A stretch of 63,944 nucleotides of DNA, filler included, from an uncultured bacterium (GTDB lineage: Bacteria; CAYJOG01), in assembly GCA_964371695.1 (NCBI GenBank). It is 5 parts of 5 records of this genome, joined end to end, with 100 filler letters (N's around TTAATTAATTAA, not from the genome) between each part and the next. Parts side by side here need not be neighbours in the genome. Positions count along the whole stretch, not along the records: positions 1 to 13,505 come from CAYJOG010000029.1; 4 more parts are not named here. One strand, given 5' to 3'. Made by a program: the position numbers and the translations under genes. Shown here one piece after another: positions 1-8,577 of this stretch. Every line of letters begins with the position of its first letter. Within the stretch, counting starts at the first letter, position 1. Below the pieces are notes generated by a model. The model did not search any database, had not been told where the DNA came from, and saw only the letters and a program-made list of their open reading frames with translations.

Positions 1-1581
1 CTCTATGCCCTTGGGCTGCTCTATATATTGGGCCTCATCAACTACGTAGACCGGGCGGCGGTCTCTGGCGTGGGCAGCCATCTCATCCGCGAATTCGGCC
101 TGAGCGACACGCTCTATGGCCTCATTCCGCTGAGCTTCATGCTGGTCTACAGTCTGGTGGCTTATCCTGCGGCGCGTTTCACCGAAACACGGGGCCGCAC
201 ACGGGTGATGGGCATCGGCGTGGGCATCTGGAGCGTGGCCACGCTTTTCACCGGCTGGGCCAAAACCATTCCCACGCTGTTTGTGAGCCGCGGGGTGCTG
301 GGCATTGGCGAGGCCAGTTACGCCGCCGCCAGCAGTCCCCTGGTGAGTGACTATTTCCCCAGCAAACACCGGGCCAAGGTGGTGAGCATCATCAACAGCG
401 CCGTGGGGCTTGGCTCTGCCGTGGGCCTGTTGATGGGGGCGCTGGTGGCCACCACCGTGGCCGAGAAAATGGTCTATTGCCACCAGAGCGGCCAGCCCAC
501 CACCCTCTGCATGATGGCCGCAAAAACCGGCGCAAAAGTGCTGAGCCAGGAGGAAGCCAACCGGGTGCTTCCCCCGTTGCCCAAGGCCAGCAAGTCTGCC
601 GAACATGCCTCTGAAGAACACGTGACCGAGACCGAAAAAAAGGCCGGTGTGGATGTGCTGGGCGAGTGGCGGCTGGTGTTCATGATTGTGGGTTTGCCGG
701 GGCTGGCGCTGGCCATCTTCAGCTTTTTTCTGAGAGAGCCTGCCCTGGGGTATTTCGACAAACTGGAGCAGGGGGTGCCGCTGGACACAAAAGCGGAAAA
801 GCGCCCCGCCCTGCTGCCCAACGAGATTGAAGAAACCGTAAAGGGCATGGGGCCGGTGGCGCGGTTTTTCCACAAACTTTTTCCCAAGTCAGAGTTTGTG
901 CTCATCAACAGCCGCCTGTTGCAGATTCCATCCGTGCGGGTGCTGTATCTCAACGGCATTCTCATCACCGGGGCCATGGGCACCATCGCCCACTACCTGC
1001 AACCCTATCTCACGCAGAACCTGGGCTTTGGCAGCAAGGAGTTCCAGATCATCGGTGGCAGCAGCATTGTGGGGGGGCTGTTTGGCCTCATTGCCAGCGG
1101 CATGCTCACCGACTGGCTCAACCGGCGGATACCGGCGGGCACCATGTGGGTGGTGGGCATCGGCTCGCTGCTGGGGGCGCCGGTGATTTTTGCGTTCATG
1201 AAGGGGGGCATCGCGCCCAGCGCCGCCACGGTGCCGATTTTTGCCTTGCTGGTGGCTGTGGCCAGCTTTTTTCTCATGGGCGTGGCGGGGCCAACGCAGT
1301 CGGCCTGTATTGACGTGGTGCCGCCCCACCTGCGCACCACCATGGCGGGGGCCTACATGTTCCTCATCCACATTTTTGGCGACGGCCCGCTGCCTTTTGT
1401 GGTGGGCGCGGTGAGCGATCAGATTGGCCGGGCCAACGCCCTGGCTGTTTTGTCGGGCCTGTGTTTCCTCAGCGGGGGTGTGGCGCTCACGGGCATCAAG
1501 CATTATTCCCGCGACAAACAAAAAGTGCTGGATGACCTGAAAGCGGAATACGCCACACTGAAGATGCAGACCAGCAGTTAG
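1..1581 (+). CDS. MFS transporter (spinster-like), 5'-truncated
   Basis: Frame open from base 1; NYVDRAAVS, GIGEASY..LVSDYFP..RA motifs; about 12 hydrophobic segments. Confidence 0.9.
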   Translation, partial: LYALGLLYILGLINYVDRAAVSGVGSHLIREFGLSDTLYGLIPLSFMLVYSLVAYPAARFTETRGRTRVMGIGVGIWSVATLFTGWAKTIPTLFVSRGVLGIGEASYAAASSPLVSDYFPSKHRAKVVSIINSAVGLGSAVGLLMGALVATTVAEKMVYCHQSGQPTTLCMMAAKTGAKVLSQEEANRVLPPLPKASKSAEHASEEHVTETEKKAGVDVLGEWRLVFMIVGLPGLALAIFSFFLREPALGYFDKLEQGVPLDTKAEKRPALLPNEIEETVKGMGPVARFFHKLFPKSEFVLINSRLLQIPSVRVLYLNGILITGAMGTIAHYLQPYLTQNLGFGSKEFQIIGGSSIVGGLFGLIASGMLTDWLNRRIPAGTMWVVGIGSLLGAPVIFAFMKGGIAPSAATVPIFALLVAVASFFLMGVAGPTQSACIDVVPPHLRTTMAGAYMFLIHIFGDGPLPFVVGAVSDQIGRANALAVLSGLCFLSGGVALTGIKHYSRDKQKVLDDLKAEYATLKMQTSS

Positions 1582-1722
1582 CGCATTTAAAAATATGAAG
1601 CAGGCGCGGTTTCCCCGCCGCGCTTGAACCCAACGGCGATGAGGACATCGCCGCGATGCAAAGTTCACCAACATCTTGAAATCCCTCTGAATTTTTCCTT
1701 CGGCAATTGCAAGGAGCACCCC

Positions 1723-3132
1723 ATGGCCACACCCACACCCAAAACCAATTCCCTCAACAAGGCGCCTGCCTCGGCGCAGGAGGTGCTCAACCAGCTCAAA
1801 AAACACAACGTGCGGCGCGTGAAGGTGGCCGGGTTTGACATAGACGGCGTGCTGCGGGGCAAGTATCTGGCCTTCAACAAGTTCGAGGGCGCGCTCACCG
1901 ATGGTTTTGGTTTTTGCGACGTGGTGTATGGCTGGGACTGCGGCGACGTGCTTTATGACAACACTCAGTACACCGGCTGGCACACGGGTTACCCCGACAT
2001 GCCCTGCGTGATTGACCCGGCCTCCATGCGGCTGATTCCGTGGGAGGAAGGCACCGCGTTTTTTCTGTTCGACTTCTTGAAAAAAGACAACACACCGGCG
2101 TTGTTCAGCCCGCGCCAAGCGCTCAAGTGGGTGGTGTCCCGCGCTGAGGCCATGGGGTTTTCGCCACGGGTGGCAGCGGAATACGAGTTTTTCTTTTTCA
2201 AGGAAACCCCCGGCAGTCTGGCCGAAAAAGGTTACCGGGCCGACACCTTTACCCCCCTCACCCCCCAGATGATGGGTTACAGCGTGCTCAGGGCCAGTCA
2301 GTGTCAGGACCTTGTGCTGGCGATCTGGGACGAACTGCCGCGTTTTGGCATCGAACTGGAAGGTTTCCACACCGAAACCGGCCCCGGTGTGTATGAAGCG
2401 GCCATTCGTTATGGCCTGCCGGTGGAATCTGCCGATCAGGCGGCGCTGTTCAAGACAGCGGTCAAAGAGGTGGCCCACCGCTTTGGCGTGCTGCCCACGT
2501 TCATGTCGAAATGGAACAAGAACCTGCCCGGTTCCAGCGGCCATCTGCACCAGAGCCTGTGGGACAAAAAAGGAACCAAAAACCTCTTCCACGATCCCAA
2601 AGACCCCGATGGCATGAGCAAAATCATGCGCCATTACATTGCCGGGCAAATGGAATTTATGCGCGCCCTGAGCGCGTTCACCAACCCCACCATCAACAGC
2701 TACAAACGCACGGTGCCCGGCACCTGGGCGCCCGACAGCGTGAGTTGGGGTTTTGACAACCGCACCTGCACGCTACGGGTCATCCGCGCGCCGGGGCCGA
2801 AATCCACGCGGGTGGAATATCGCCTCACGGGGGGCGACATCAACCCTCACCTCGCCCTGGCCGCCACCATCGCCGCCGGGCTTTATGGCATCACCCACGA
2901 ACTGCCCCTGGCCGAACCGGTGAGCGGCAATGCTTATTCCCACACGCCGCGCATTCCGCTGCCCCGCAGCCTGGAAAGCGCCGTGGACACCGCCCGCGCC
3001 GAGCAGCGCCTGAAGGAAATTTTGCCCGAAGAACTGGTGGAACATTTTCTGGCCACCCGCGAGTGGGAAGTGCGGCAATATCAGGACGTGGTGACGGACT
3101 GGGAAATCGCTCGATATTTTGAGGTGATCTGA
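1723..3132 (+). CDS. Glutamine synthetase family protein (probable gamma-glutamyl-amine ligase)
   Basis: DIDGVLRGK, EYEFF, HTETGPGVYE, GSSGHLHQS, DNRT, RVEYRL motifs; AAGGAG RBS before ATG 1723. Confidence 0.9.
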   Translation: MATPTPKTNSLNKAPASAQEVLNQLKKHNVRRVKVAGFDIDGVLRGKYLAFNKFEGALTDGFGFCDVVYGWDCGDVLYDNTQYTGWHTGYPDMPCVIDPASMRLIPWEEGTAFFLFDFLKKDNTPALFSPRQALKWVVSRAEAMGFSPRVAAEYEFFFFKETPGSLAEKGYRADTFTPLTPQMMGYSVLRASQCQDLVLAIWDELPRFGIELEGFHTETGPGVYEAAIRYGLPVESADQAALFKTAVKEVAHRFGVLPTFMSKWNKNLPGSSGHLHQSLWDKKGTKNLFHDPKDPDGMSKIMRHYIAGQMEFMRALSAFTNPTINSYKRTVPGTWAPDSVSWGFDNRTCTLRVIRAPGPKSTRVEYRLTGGDINPHLALAATIAAGLYGITHELPLAEPVSGNAYSHTPRIPLPRSLESAVDTARAEQRLKEILPEELVEHFLATREWEVRQYQDVVTDWEIARYFEVI

Positions 3133-3268
3133 GGCGGGGGGGGGGGCCCCCCCCCCCAACCACCCAAAAAATTTAAAACCCCAAATTTTTTTTCCAGGGC
3201 CCCCCCAATTTTTCGGGGGGGGGGGGCCCCCCCCCCCGCCAAAAAAGCCAAGCCTTTTCCTGCTTTTT

Positions 3269-3775
3269 TCACCCGCAGTCGGACAGCCCTTTGGCCCAGA
3301 CCCAAGGATAATCAGGCCAGTCTGGCCAGCGCTTTAATGGATTGTTCAAAATATATTGGGCTTTTTTAAAATACTCCGTGTCGTTGCGGATGACACGATC
3401 AAAATATTCGTCTTGCCAGAACGGACTCTTTCTCCCGAAAGCATTCACCAGTTTATGGGCGGTGTAGGACTTCCATGCCTGGATCAATTTTTCCAGCGGC
3501 CACTCATCAAAGGTTTTCACCAGAACATGCACATGATCGTCCATGATGACCCAAGCATGAAGTTCATAACGTTGTCCATTGAAATGAGTCAATGCGTTCT
3601 GAACAAGCGATCGTTCTTCTGGAGCAATTTTTGGCTGTTGGGGATGAAGTCTCCATGTGAGGGAATAGGTTGCTCCGTCATAAGTGACGTGGGGGAGTCT
3701 TCTTCGTCGGATTTGGACCCGGGAAGGAGGCTTAAGGTTTTTGTCTGAAGGCGGAACCCCACCTTGGCTATCCAT
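3269..3775 (-). mobile_element. REP-associated tyrosine transposase (RAYT, IS200-like HUH Y1)
   Basis: RRRLPH...YSLTWRL, WVIMDDHVHVL (HUH), WKSYTA, FWQDEYFDRVIR, YILNNP (catalytic Tyr); flanked by REP-like hairpins. Confidence 0.92.
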
Positions 3776-3800
3776 TGGGAAGAAAGAATTTTACATTTTT

Positions 3801-3885
3801 GTGGCGGGCGAGGACGCCCGCCCCACTAAAGGACACCCGCCCCACTAAAGGACACTCGCCCCACTAAAGAAAGCCCGCCCACTCT
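3801..3885 (-). repeat. GTGG-footed REP hairpin plus tandem 19-bp half-REP array upstream of RAYT
   Basis: Minus strand GTGG-GGCGGGCG-TCCT-CGCCCGCC; unit AGGAC(A/G)C(C/T)CGCCCCACTAA at 3811, 3830, 3849 and a degenerate copy at 3868. Confidence 0.85.
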
Positions 3886-3923
3886 GAAACACCCCCGGTT
3901 CAAACACCCCCTACAATCCTTTC

Positions 3924-5501
3924 GTGCTCAATATCCTCACGCCCCAGGCCACCCGCGAAATGGACCGGCAATGCGAACCCCGCACCGGTTTGCCCAGCCT
4001 CATCCTGATGGAAAACGCCGCCACGGCCGTGGCGCGGGCCGCTCGCGAGATGGCCCAGGGCAGGCCCATCTGGGTGGTGTGCGGCGCGGGCAACAACGGT
4101 GGTGATGGATGGGCCGCCGCCCGGCGCTTGTGGGGCTGGGGGCTGAACGTGAATCTATGGGCGCTGAAAAATCCGGCACAGCTCAAGGGCGACGCCGCCG
4201 TCATGGCCAGGGCCGCCCTGGGGGCCGGTGTGCCGGTGCATCAAAAAAACACGCCCCCCCGCCTCACCGGCCCAACCCTGCTGGTTGACGCCGTGTTTGG
4301 CACCGGCCTGAGGGACAAACCCACCGGCCCCCTGGCCGCCGCTGTGGCCTGGCTGGCTCGTCAGGCGGCGGCGGGGCATCCGCTGCTGGCGGTGGATGTG
4401 CCGAGCGGCCTCTGTGGCCTCACCGGAAAAACCTTGGCCTCTAAAGTGCCCGTGGCCACGCAAACCCTCACCTTTGGGTTTCTCAAAACCGGTCTGCTGA
4501 GCGGCCAGGGGCCAGCCCACACCGGCGAGATGTGTGTGGTGGAGATTGGTTATCCCCCCGCGCTTGCGCCCGCTCCGGCGGCGCTGATGCCCCAGTGGGC
4601 CGACATCGCCAGCCTGCTGCCCCAGCGCACTGCCACCGCCCACAAACGCCAGACCGGCACGGTGCTGGTGATCGGCGGCAGCGGACAATATCCGGGTGCG
4701 CCGCTGCTGTGCGCCAGCGCGGCCATGGCGGCCGGTGTGGGGCTGGTGACGCTGGCGGTTCCCCAGGCGGCCCACGCCCTGGTGGCACAACAGTGCCGCG
4801 AAGTGATTCCCGTGGCCCTGCCGGAGACAGAGAAGGGCACCTTTGGCGCGGCGGCTTTGCCGGGGCTGCTGGAACTGGCCCGGCGGCACGACGCCGTGGC
4901 CCTTGGTCCGGGCCTTGACCGGCACCCTGAAACCACGGCTCTGGTGACCGCCCTGTTGAAGGGCCTCAAGACCCCCATGGTGGTGGACGCCGACGCCCTG
5001 AACGCCCTGGCCGAAGCGGCTCAGAAGGGGCCGGTGGACTTGCCCCAAAATGCCGTGTTCACGCCCCACCATGGCGAGTGGCAACGCCTGAGCCTGGCGC
5101 TCATGGGCCAGCCGGTGAAACCCCTGGCGGCGGAACTGAGTGCCTTCACACAGGCGCACGGGGGCGCGTGGCTTATCAAGCAGCCCCGCACGCTGGTGGC
5201 GCAGGGGGGGCGGGTGTGGTTCAACCCCACCGGCTCACCGGCGCTGGCCACAGCGGGTTCGGGCGACGTGTTGTGTGGCGTGATTGCAGCGCTGCTGAGC
5301 CGAGGCCTGCCACCGGCCCAGGCCGCCATGGCTGGGGCCTTCTGGCACGGCCTGACAGGCAATCTGCTGAGCGAATCGGGACTGGGCGAAAACGCCACCG
5401 CCAGCCAGTTGTCGCCCCTGCTGGCGCAGTCCCGTCAGCGGATTATTGAATCTGCGGTAAAGCTGGATGCGCCGTTGCCAGCGGTGGATTTTATGGACTG
5501 A
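3924..5501 (+). CDS. nnr: Bifunctional NAD(P)H-hydrate epimerase/dehydratase (YjeF)
   Basis: LMENAA, CGAGNNGGDG, VDAVFGTG, DVPSG, VVDADAL, TPHHGE, ATAGSGDVL. Confidence 0.95.
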   Translation: MLNILTPQATREMDRQCEPRTGLPSLILMENAATAVARAAREMAQGRPIWVVCGAGNNGGDGWAAARRLWGWGLNVNLWALKNPAQLKGDAAVMARAALGAGVPVHQKNTPPRLTGPTLLVDAVFGTGLRDKPTGPLAAAVAWLARQAAAGHPLLAVDVPSGLCGLTGKTLASKVPVATQTLTFGFLKTGLLSGQGPAHTGEMCVVEIGYPPALAPAPAALMPQWADIASLLPQRTATAHKRQTGTVLVIGGSGQYPGAPLLCASAAMAAGVGLVTLAVPQAAHALVAQQCREVIPVALPETEKGTFGAAALPGLLELARRHDAVALGPGLDRHPETTALVTALLKGLKTPMVVDADALNALAEAAQKGPVDLPQNAVFTPHHGEWQRLSLALMGQPVKPLAAELSAFTQAHGGAWLIKQPRTLVAQGGRVWFNPTGSPALATAGSGDVLCGVIAALLSRGLPPAQAAMAGAFWHGLTGNLLSESGLGENATASQLSPLLAQSRQRIIESAVKLDAPLPAVDFMD

Positions 5502-5545
5502 CCCCTCTTGTTTTTCGCCGCCTCTGCCGCCAAGGTGAATCGGCC

Positions 5546-6433
5546 ATGTCCGGCACGCCTTCTCACACGCCCCAGCAGGAACAGTGGGCTTTCATCACCC
5601 ACTGGCTCAAGATGCTGGCCATCTGGACGTTGCTGGGCCACGCAGTTTTGGGGCTGGTGCTGGTGGTGGGGGTGGTGCTGGTCAATCGCCTGCCCGGTTT
5701 GTTTTACAGCGCTTCGCCCCGGTTCTTCCCCGCCGGAAACGCCAGCCGCGTGATCACCCAACTGGCTCCCCGCTGGGGCCTGGTCAAGACCACCCCCGGC
5801 GCGCCAACGTCGCTCAAAAACCGCCTGACCGAAAAAGAGCTGAACCGCCTGCTCAGCGCCTGGGCCGACGAGGCCATGAGCGGTGTGCTGAGGGTGGGCG
5901 TCTCCCCCAGCCCCCTGTGGCAGCACCGGCCCACGGGCCTGCCGCAAAAAATCGGCTGGCTCGCCCCTTTTGACAAACGCGACACCCGCACGGCCCTGCT
6001 CAGGGCCTTTCAGCAGGCGGGCCTGGGTGAGGAACGCCCGGCGGATTGCCAGCGCCTGAAACAGTCGGCTAACCTGCTTTCGCACACCGCGCAGGAAGAC
6101 GCTGCTGCGACCTATTCCTGGTGGTGGCACAACGGCGCCGGCAAGGAGCTGGCCGCCGTGGTGCTGGAAGAAGGCAACCGCCTTTGCCGCCTGCTCAAAA
6201 AACACATGGCAGCAGAGCGCCTGACCCTGCTGGCAAACCACGCCGCCGGGCAAACCTGCCCGGCGCTCATCGCCGGTTGGCCCCAGGACCATCCGCAGGA
6301 AAAAGACCTGCTGCAGGACCCCTTCGGCGGCCGGTTCCGCTGCCAGGGAGACCACTTGCTTTATGGTCTTGGCCCCAACCAGAAAGACAATCAGGCCCAC
6401 CCCCGCAAAGATCAGCGGGCTGTGTTGCCGTAG
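5546..6433 (+). CDS. Hypothetical membrane-anchored protein
   Basis: N-terminal TM helix; C-terminal DPFGGRF...LYGLGPNQKD resembles a GspG-like tail motif. Confidence 0.6.
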   Translation: MSGTPSHTPQQEQWAFITHWLKMLAIWTLLGHAVLGLVLVVGVVLVNRLPGLFYSASPRFFPAGNASRVITQLAPRWGLVKTTPGAPTSLKNRLTEKELNRLLSAWADEAMSGVLRVGVSPSPLWQHRPTGLPQKIGWLAPFDKRDTRTALLRAFQQAGLGEERPADCQRLKQSANLLSHTAQEDAAATYSWWWHNGAGKELAAVVLEEGNRLCRLLKKHMAAERLTLLANHAAGQTCPALIAGWPQDHPQEKDLLQDPFGGRFRCQGDHLLYGLGPNQKDNQAHPRKDQRAVLP

Positions 6434-6540
6434 TGGTTCGTTCGCTTTAAATCAAGGAGTAGGTGCGGTGTCCCCACCGCACCAATACAGCAGCGATGGG
6501 AACATCGCTGCTACTCATTTCAAATCGGATGATCCAGTAG
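6431..6540. repeat. MITE-like element with an internal inverted GAGTAG REP doublet (family B)
   Basis: Ends TAGTGGTTCGTTCG / CGGATGATCCAGTAG; internal GAGTAGGTGCGGTG-TCCC-CACCGCACC and GCAGCGATG-GGAA-CATCGCTGCTACTC; second copy at 11583-11750. Confidence 0.8.
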
Positions 6541-6543
6541 TGC

Positions 6544-7470
6544 CTATTGCAGCAACTGCAGGATGGCCTGGGGATTGGCGTTGGCCTGGGCCAGCGCCGC
6601 AGTGGCCGACTGGGCGAAAATCTGGTTTTTGGTGATGTCTGCGATTTTTGAGGCGAAATCCGTGTCGAGAATTCGGCTGCGGCTCTGGCTGATGTTGGTG
6701 TGGTCCAGCCAGGTTTCATTGATCACGTGGCGCATGCGGTTGTGCAGCACCCCCAGGTTGGTGCGCACATTGCTCTGAAAGGTCATCACCGACTGGCTCC
6801 ATTCCACCAGCCCCTGAAACACCGAGGTCTGCTGGGCGGAGTTGAGGATGCTAAAACCCAGGGGGTCCGAACTCCCGCCGGTAAGGGGGTCATAAAAAGT
6901 GCTCAGCGCCAGCGGGTTGCCATTCATGCTGAAGGACTGCACCGCCATCACGGGAACAGACACCCCCACGCGCATCTGGTTGTTGTTGTCCGGCCCTATC
7001 TGGGCGGCATATTGTGTGGAACTGGGCGGGTTGGCCACGGCGTCCAGCGCGCCGTTGAAAATTTCCTTGGTGTTGAACGTGACCGCGTCATATTTGCGGT
7101 TCAGTTCGGCGGCCAGTGTGTTGTATTCGTTGTAAAGCTTTTGCCGGTCGCTGTTGGTGAGCACGGCTTCGTTGGCGCCGCGCACGGCCAGGTCCCTCAT
7201 GCGCTGGGCGATGGCCTGGCTTTCATGAATCGCCCCATCGGCGGTGCCGATCAGGCTGGTGAGGTCCTCCACGTTCTGGATGGCCTGCTCGAACCCCCGT
7301 ATCTGGATGGTCATGATGGTCGCAAGCGCCATGCCAGAGGGGTCGTCCGCCGACTTGTTGATCTTCAGGCCGGTGGTGAGCTTCTCGAGGTTGGAGGCCA
7401 AGTTCAGGTTGTTCATCCTGAGCATGTTGATGCCCACCAAAGCGTTATAGTTTGTGTTGACAACAGACAT
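6544..7470 (-). CDS. Flagellin family protein (divergent, orphan)
   Basis: VNTN, LEKLTTGLKINKSADDPSG, QRMRDLAVRGAN, SRILDTDFA, AALAQAN..PQAILQLL. Confidence 0.93.
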   Translation of the reverse strand: MSVVNTNYNALVGINMLRMNNLNLASNLEKLTTGLKINKSADDPSGMALATIMTIQIRGFEQAIQNVEDLTSLIGTADGAIHESQAIAQRMRDLAVRGANEAVLTNSDRQKLYNEYNTLAAELNRKYDAVTFNTKEIFNGALDAVANPPSSTQYAAQIGPDNNNQMRVGVSVPVMAVQSFSMNGNPLALSTFYDPLTGGSSDPLGFSILNSAQQTSVFQGLVEWSQSVMTFQSNVRTNLGVLHNRMRHVINETWLDHTNISQSRSRILDTDFASKIADITKNQIFAQSATAALAQANANPQAILQLLQ

Positions 7471-7509
7471 GGCTGACTCCGTTAGCCTTTCTGAACCTTC
7501 CCTGGTTCA
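7471..7509 (-). promoter_or_regulatory. Two CsrA/RsmA-type ANGGA hairpins in the flagellin leader
   Basis: TGAACC-AGGGAA-GGTTCA and GGCTA-ACGGAG-TCAGCC; the second covers the RBS and abuts the ATG. Confidence 0.7.
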
Positions 7510-7534
7510 TGGATAAGTCTGATTATTACCCTTC

Positions 7535-7564
7535 AAGGTAACACGAGTTTGTTGACCAGTCAAC
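7535..7564 (-). promoter_or_regulatory. Candidate sigma70-like promoter for flagellin with a palindrome over the -35
   Basis: TTGACT-N17-TACCTT with TG extension; GTTGAC-N2-GTCAAC at 7551-7564. Confidence 0.4.
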
Positions 7565-7595
7565 CCAAAAATTCAGCCGGCCTGGACAAGGTGTT

Positions 7596-8417
7596 TCACG
7601 CCGGTTCGGGCAGCGCCCCGCCCTTTGCCCCCAACAGAGACAACAACCCCTCATTCACCGGGCCAAGCAGGTCCAGCACCGGCTTGCCAGTTTTCAGCAG
7701 CCACTCAATGCCGGTGGCGGGATAAAAACGCAGCCAGTGATTTTCGGCGATGGCTTGCAGGGTGCGCTGCATGCCCAGGGCCAGCGCCAGCAGGTTCTGG
7801 CCTTCGTGGCTGTCGTCCCAGGCCTGCTGAAAGGCCTCAAAAAACTGAATATGCGCCACCTTGATGACCCCCAGGGCCGGTTTGCCAATCGCCTCGTCGC
7901 CTGCGGCCCACACCCGCGCCACTTCATAGGCTTCATCCAGGCGGTTTGCCGCCAACAGGGCTTCCACCTCTTTGGCCCAGGGCTCGTGCAGACGGGGGGT
8001 GAGCGGTTCCACCCTGGGATACACTCCGCCGGTCTCTTCTTCGATGCACGACCAGATCAGCCGCTTGCCCGTTTCATCCAGCACCAGCGTGAGCATGGTG
8101 CCATTGGGCCGCACAAACAGTTTCACGCCCCCGGCTTTCATGAAAAACCGCGCCAGACGGGCGTCCAGCTTGAAGGGCAGGAAAAACGTGTCGATGGCGA
8201 GTTCTTCTCTGGAGAGGTCCTCTCCCCGTTCCAGCGCGCCCTGGGCCGCCACCAGATTGAACCAAGGCTCCTTGAACGCCTTGCTGGCAAACGACATGGC
8301 GCTTTGTTCGCGGGGGTTCAGGTGAGGCGCTTTGGGTTTGGGCGCGGGCTTGTGACCGGCTGCGGGTTTGGCCTTCTTTTTGGCAGCGGTGGGGGTGGAT
8401 TTTGTTTTTTGGCTCAT
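7596..8417 (-). CDS. Hypothetical protein with a Lys/Ala/Pro-rich N-terminus
   Basis: 273-aa ORF with host-like codon usage filling the gap; no family recognised. Confidence 0.7.
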   Translation of the reverse strand: MSQKTKSTPTAAKKKAKPAAGHKPAPKPKAPHLNPREQSAMSFASKAFKEPWFNLVAAQGALERGEDLSREELAIDTFFLPFKLDARLARFFMKAGGVKLFVRPNGTMLTLVLDETGKRLIWSCIEEETGGVYPRVEPLTPRLHEPWAKEVEALLAANRLDEAYEVARVWAAGDEAIGKPALGVIKVAHIQFFEAFQQAWDDSHEGQNLLALALGMQRTLQAIAENHWLRFYPATGIEWLLKTGKPVLDLLGPVNEGLLSLLGAKGGALPEPA

Positions 8418-8462
8418 GTCGAAACACTCTCCCGGAAAATATTGGTCAAGTGTCTAAATCGC

Positions 8463-8491
8463 TTGACCGTGTTTGATATTAACGATATAAA
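8463..8491 (+). promoter_or_regulatory. sigma70-like promoter for the GMC oxidoreductase
   Basis: TTGACC-N17-TATAAA; inverted repeat GGTCAAG-N11-CTTGACC overlaps the -35. Confidence 0.55.
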
Positions 8492-8577
8492 AAAAGAAGG
8501 CAACTGTCTTGCCCCATACAGCATGAATCCATTTTGAACTTCAGGAAACAAACTCTTTATTCAGAAAGGCCCTGACC

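Noticed and set aside
3134-3245. Poly-G/poly-C tracts (also ~11670-11696, 40370-40408, 48593-48620) as G-quadruplexes or phase-variation tracts
   Set aside because: They sit at hairpins and gaps and look like low-quality consensus of REP sequences
3811-3885. CRISPR array (also 10566-10676)
   Set aside because: Head-to-tail repeats with no spacers and no cas genes
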